Assembly (NCBI GenBank): GCA_002633005.1
Contig: NMRA01000595.1
Coordinates: 106,733 to 170,732 of the forward strand
DNA: 64,000 bases
Source of the DNA: Phoronis australis
Taxonomy: Eukaryota > Animalia > Phoronida
Direction: 5' to 3'
A program made the position numbers and the translations under genes. Shown piece after piece: positions 58,736-64,000 of the stretch. Within the stretch, counting starts at the first letter, position 1, and each line of letters starts with the position of its first letter. The notes below the pieces were generated by a model. The model had not been told where the DNA came from, did not search any database, and was given only the letters and a program-made list of their open reading frames with translations.

Positions 58736-58776
58736 CCTGCTGCTGCTACTGCTGCTGTTGCTCAGCGGCTGCTACT
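58657..58776. repeat. Interrupted (CTG)n microsatellite
   Basis: About 40 triplets of ctg/cta/ttg. Confidence 0.95.
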
Positions 58777-61700
58777 AGGCCTATGATCCTGGTGAGATAT
58801 GATCAACAAGTTAATTTGATATTTTTAAGTTAGAGCATTATGAATATTTTGCCCAACATAGCCTGTTTTTGGTTAAAAAGGGGTCAGTTAATAAAGTTGT
58901 TCTAAACACTGGAAAGAAAAAATATTTATTCGATGTTTATCAGTTAAGATCATCACTGACCTTTCCGGCTACTAGAGGGCAGTCTTCGCATCTTTAAAGG
59001 ACTTTCCGTTAACTTTCCGAAGACTGGAGCTTTTTGTTTTCTAGCAACAGCTTAATTTACAGTGCCTGATTACGGGAAGTTGGCAGTTGTATCTCGTAAA
59101 GCTCACAAATAAAGTGGCTTTATCAATTTTTGCAAACGCGTTTCTATACGCATGGTGATCAATTCAGTCGACGTCAATTTTTAGATAATTTTACTGCTGA
59201 CCCCTGGTAGCAGTTTATATAACTAGAATTCTTTAGTGAAATTTCAGAAAATTTTGCCTAAACCTTTCCATAGAGGAAACGATGGCATATGCATGTTTGA
59301 AAACGGCGTTTTGATAATAATCTAGCACTTGATATGATTCTGTTACGCTTGTTTTCCGCATTTTGTAACTGAGGAAGACTTTTAGTTTTTATCGAAACGT
59401 CGTTTGCATGCTACCCTCGAGCCTCGTTTTTGATTTCAAATTCTGACTTGGCCAAATCCTGATATTATTTACATGCAAGCTTCCGAATGATTGTAACGTG
59501 TGCTGCTCCACCAGTGACAGTGATCTCGGAGATTACTTTGTACAGAGTACAAATTAATATGTAAACTAAAATGATCGTAACAACCATTTGCCACAATAAG
59601 TAACTAAGAATTTCAGGCATACAGACTGAGCAAAAATCACGTTAAGTACGAAGGTAGACATGCAAAATTCTTACCATGGCGATGAGTTTCATGAAAGTTT
59701 TAATCCTAACTTAGAATTTAACAAGCATGATACTAAAAGTACATGTATGAAGCTATGAGGCTGAAGGTACCGCGTAGGCTTCACACTTCATCACCGTAAT
59801 TTAACCAATTAATTTTGTAAATTAAGTAATATTTTTCACATTTTGTTGCTTTGATATATCCTGAAGTAGAAAGTAACTTGTTATAAAACATGAATCAAAA
59901 CTTCGGAGCACAAATTATGCATTAATTTAAAAAATGTGTCTCCTATGACGCATAATCATATCCTGAAGAAAAATTGACTTTCAAACAAAATAAAAACGAT
60001 TTCAAAACAACGTCAACTATTTTTCAAGTTAACAGGGTGTAACACTCCGCTCAGAGTCAGTCCAGTGACCGAAGTTAGAGTAGGTTACTGCGGAAGGCCA
60101 CTTAACAAGTGTGCAGCAGTTTGTTTCCGTTAACAGCTTCGCATTTGATTTACTGCAATGATAAGCTATCTGGCTGTCTGTGAGTGGAATAAGCCTGAGT
60201 ATTCGGTTAGTTCAACTGTTGAATTATTCTCATATAATTTTGATATTTAATTTTGAATTATCTCATGTCGACCACAACGGTATGTTTTTGTTCAAAATCG
60301 GCTCACATTTGCTAAAGATACGCCTATATATCCATATTAAAACAAAGAATACATTCCCGTAGAATTGTATTAATGCGTGTGAAGTTAATGTTATTACATT
60401 TCGTTTAATTGCCGAGGGCTCTAGAGTGATTTTTTTAAATTGTCACAACAAGACTTTGCTGTGTAACCATCGGCTTTCCAGAAAATCTTAGGCATTACTG
60501 AGCGTGAACAAATTCGAACTCTCGGATAAAGAAATAAAGGCCTCTTCCTTTTTTGTTATGGGACCCCTGATAGTGGAATAAATAAAGTTGTAACACCACG
60601 CACCACTACCAAGAAACAAAGCTAGCGGTAAAGATGTGCTGGACTCTCTTTGCACACCTCAAAATAGTTCCATTGAAGAACACCACTGTCTGTGACCTGG
60701 CATACAGTTGTTTTCACAACAAACGTTCGTTTAAAAAGTGTAGAATACGCAATATTGGGGCATTTTAGATCAAAAAATGAAAAAAAAACATTCGAGAGTC
60801 TTCTTAAATTTGTTACACATCCAAAGTCTATTCATAAACATATATTTAAAGCATATATTTTAATGTAAACTGGCTTGTAGAAGCACTTGAGCGACACCCA
60901 CTTTCAACAGTACAAAAAAGTGCCTCCAGATTTATTTCCCGTGTCACGTGATGAATGCAGCGAAATTATTAGCATCAGTTTTATTTGGTAGTCCTAATAT
61001 TCCACTTCCTAACCCCATCGTGTTTTATCTCTCATTACATGCAATGTAACTGGTCTTTTATATTGAAAATTGCTGTTTTAGGTAAACAAAAACGTTTAAT
61101 TTTCTTCGTAAAAATTAAGAGGTCAATAAGTGCAAAATTGGTGATTTTTGTATCAAAGCCACACCACGACCACATACATGTACACAAAGTTTAAGCTGAA
61201 TATGAAAGCTAACCACCAGAGTGACTTTTTGATTCCTTGTGATTTTCTCGTGGAATGGCTCTTAATATTGCAAACCCTGTGGTCCTTAGTGGTCTTCGTT
61301 GCACTGTCACGCACATCGCAATGCATCGACATTTCAGAAAAACAAACTGAGTATGGGTGAATTAACCTACATTGCTTCTAGTTGATGGCCCAATTTGCAA
61401 GACCTATGACCATCTTAGTTTTCTGTCCTTTTTCGTTTCCGATTTTTAATGGGCTTATTTGCCCGGCACGCTGAGCAAATTATCGCAACCTCACTAGTGC
61501 GCCAAGTCATTTGAACCGTGACACGGGACGCGCTCCAAAGTTATACCACAGCCAGTGATCCACAGCCTCTACTTGCATCAAGAGTCAGTGGCGAACAATT
61601 CTGGAATTCTTCTTTATTGGTCAATCAAGGACAAGGTCAAACGGCAGTGTATGATTTCAGATGCTCCCTGAGAAAAAGGACGCCTTTAAAAGCACACTGC

Positions 61701-62348
61701 AACGTAAGACCGGCATAATCCAGATGCTGGTTGTAATCATCACAATGATATTTGAGTGCAGACCACTTGTTTTGCAGTAAAGTACTCTATAACCGTGCTT
61801 CTATTTTCGCAACTTCCATAAACGCTATGAAAATGGGAAGAACTCGATCCTAGGGACGAGACACAGCAACTCATCTCCCTGAGCGTTGAACAACCCGGCG
61901 AATGCCTTCAGAAACTTTACCAGGAGAAACATGAGACTGAGGGGAATGGGAAGATTTGAAATTACATTGAATCTCATCCTCAGTCATTGACATACAAACC
62001 TGACCAAATGCTCGTAGCGGTTAATCCTTTGACCGTCTGCAGACAGTACAAGGCTCATCTACGTAGGCCAATCGTTTTATTGCCCTAAAATGCCAGGGTG
62101 ACATCCGTGACAAGGGCATTTTCGCAGTATTCATCGTTTACAACAGATTATAACAATCGTGAAAAGGACCGATTTTTCGCTGTCTTCGTCAAATACCATA
62201 ACCAGAACAAAACAAGTGCAATTAATATCCAAAGCATCGATTATTCGTGGATTTGGTATTCAATTGTAATTAATTTTTAAACAACAGTGCAACGTACATG
62301 TATCTCCTCACCTCAACCAACTGACGTCCGATAAGCTAATCATTCCCA

Positions 62349-62361
62349 GTTGCCTGGCAAC
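62349..62361. promoter_or_regulatory. Canonical RFX X-box
   Basis: GTTGCCTGGCAAC, a palindromic match to GTTRCC-N-RGYAAC. Confidence 0.5.
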
Positions 62362-62819
62362 GTTTGCAGGCTTGGATCTGGGTCGCAATACCGCAAGCAA
62401 GATTTCATAGCGGCAAACAGGTGCCGTATTTTCAAACGGACATTGCTTTGTAATATCTGGCATCGGAATCAATGCCGTTAATAACTTCTGTTGCTTTCCA
62501 TTCTCGTGAGTTTTGTGGGCTATTTATGAGCAGACTTTACCCACTCGTTCTTTTCTGTTACAAATTGTTTTAAGAACGTTTGTTTTGAAAGTTATGAATT
62601 TGAGTACACTATTCCTAACTGCTTTGGGCGTAACCATTTTCGATAAGCTCTCCAAGTCTTTTGACAGGTAGTATTAAATTACATTATCACCTAATTTTGT
62701 AATTCTGATGACATGTAACATCGTTTTTTTCTCTGGTGTCTCCGTGGTCAGCGGACCCTTCGAGTCCTTCACGGAGTTTTAATTTGTATTAATTGCATTT
62801 CTTATCTTAAAGAGGACTG

Positions 62820-63442
62820 TGCCCGGTTCCATGAAACAGTCCCAAATACGGATTCAACTAAGCTTCCTAAATCTACTGCGTATTAGTGGACTTGCAAAAA
62901 CGCTAATTGTTCCTTCTGCCATTTTAGTTTCATTACTCAGTCTACTATTGGATTTGATTCAAATCGAGAGGGAACTCAACATATTGAATTCGCAATATTA
63001 TCAAAACTATTAAGGGATCTTTTCATGCAACACTCCTAACTTAAGGACTAGGTCCCTATTTAGTTTTATTGAATCCAGGCCTCAGTTTTTTGTTATATTA
63101 TTAGAAATCGTCATAAGACGATGAGTAGGTCATAATAACGAAGATACTAGATTGCATCGGTTGCTAAGCAAACACACAGATCGGCAAAAGATTTAGGGAA
63201 CTTCATATGCGCACCCATTTGGTGAAGTGGGCAAAAAGATCCGCCTCAGAGAAACGAAAAGTCCAAGAAAACGAGACAAAAGTCCACTAAACAGGCGCAA
63301 ACGCGAAATTCACGGTGATAGCCCGTTGTTTTGTTAACAAAAGGTCCACATCGTCAGAAATTCGAGCCCCCCATTAAAACGGCTGGGTGCGCGCATGAAC
63401 TTAGTTGAGTCCCTATTTGTGACTGTTTCATGCAACCCAGCA
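62820..63442. mobile_element. PIF/Harbinger-like MITE, about 620 bp
   Basis: TIRs of about 43 bp, tgcccggttccatgaaacagtcccaaatacggattcaactaag and (rc) tgctgggttgcatgaaacagtcacaaatagggactcaactaag; 3-bp TSD ctg. Related pieces at about 38305-38340 and 38493-38533. Confidence 0.75.
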
Positions 63443-64000
63443 CTGGAACGCGATAAACAGAGTAAATTTCAACATTGATTCTCTGCCACCGAAACAAAAT
63501 TCAACCTGCTCACCACATAACGCTAAACCCTCGTGAGAGACCGCCCCGAGTTGGCTGCTGGAGCAACTCGGGGCGGTCTGGGATCAAGCGGAAAAACCAC
63601 AGGGTAAATCTGTGGTCGACGAATCTATTCGGTCGATTACATTTTATTGCCCGTGAAGCCGCTAAGGGCTGCCTGAAGAAATATGACTCGCGCGTTTGTA
63701 TTTTCGCCTTTTTCAATAACATGTAAAAGATTCATCAACAAATTCCTCGTAAAATTCTGAAAACAAGCGTTTTTCTCCCACGAAAATCGATGAAGTTTTG
63801 GCCGAGATATTTCACTTTCAGTCCAGGCTAGCCCTGCACACTCAGAGAATCGTCACACAAGATTACTACGCGGTAATGCGGTTTCACTGTCAACAAAGGA
63901 AGACGTCAAAATCGACTTATAATTGTCATTTTTAAACTATTTGCATGGTAAATTATCAAAATGTAAGTAAAATCGTACTCTATATTTTAACAAGAAAACA

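Noticed and set aside
58657-58776. PolyQ/polyA coding tract
   Set aside because: Flanked by stops with no splice context; simple microsatellite.
61300-62000. Coding-like composition
   Set aside because: Stops in all frames examined and no recognisable motif.

Overview
AT-rich, intron-containing animal genomic DNA, probably a marine invertebrate (lophotrochozoan/mollusc-like by my impression; the taxon cannot be fixed from sequence alone). It comes from a draft assembly with three N-gaps and three gap-flanking duplications. I reconstructed four spliced genes by hand from GT-AG sites and exon phases. (1) AXDND1, minus strand, at least 19 coding exons, probably running off the left edge. (2) SURF2, plus strand, 238 aa, head-to-head with AXDND1. 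(3) An STPG3/SHIPPO-repeat sperm-tail gene, minus strand, about 316 aa, with a frameshifted partial second copy. (4) A 12-exon, about 774-aa minus-strand gene with an unusual architecture: helical/ARM-like N-terminus, extended Tudor, ARM repeats, Arg/Ser-rich linker, Schlafen AlbA_2 (SLFN) domain, short helical tail. This last gene is the standout. It fuses in one chain the domain types that C. elegans splits between PETISCO (TOFU-6 eTudor) and the piRNA 5'-end nuclease PUCH (single-SLFN-domain subunits). Other features are Penelope-type hammerhead-like inverted repeats, hAT, Harbinger and Tc1/pogo non-autonomous elements (one with a HIRAN relic), tiny 6-bp-TSD hairpin MITEs, LINE relics, an orphan USP fragment, 'shadow' exons in AXDND1 introns, about 10 CTCF-like motifs and many minisatellites. 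All family assignments are from motif recognition, not database searches.
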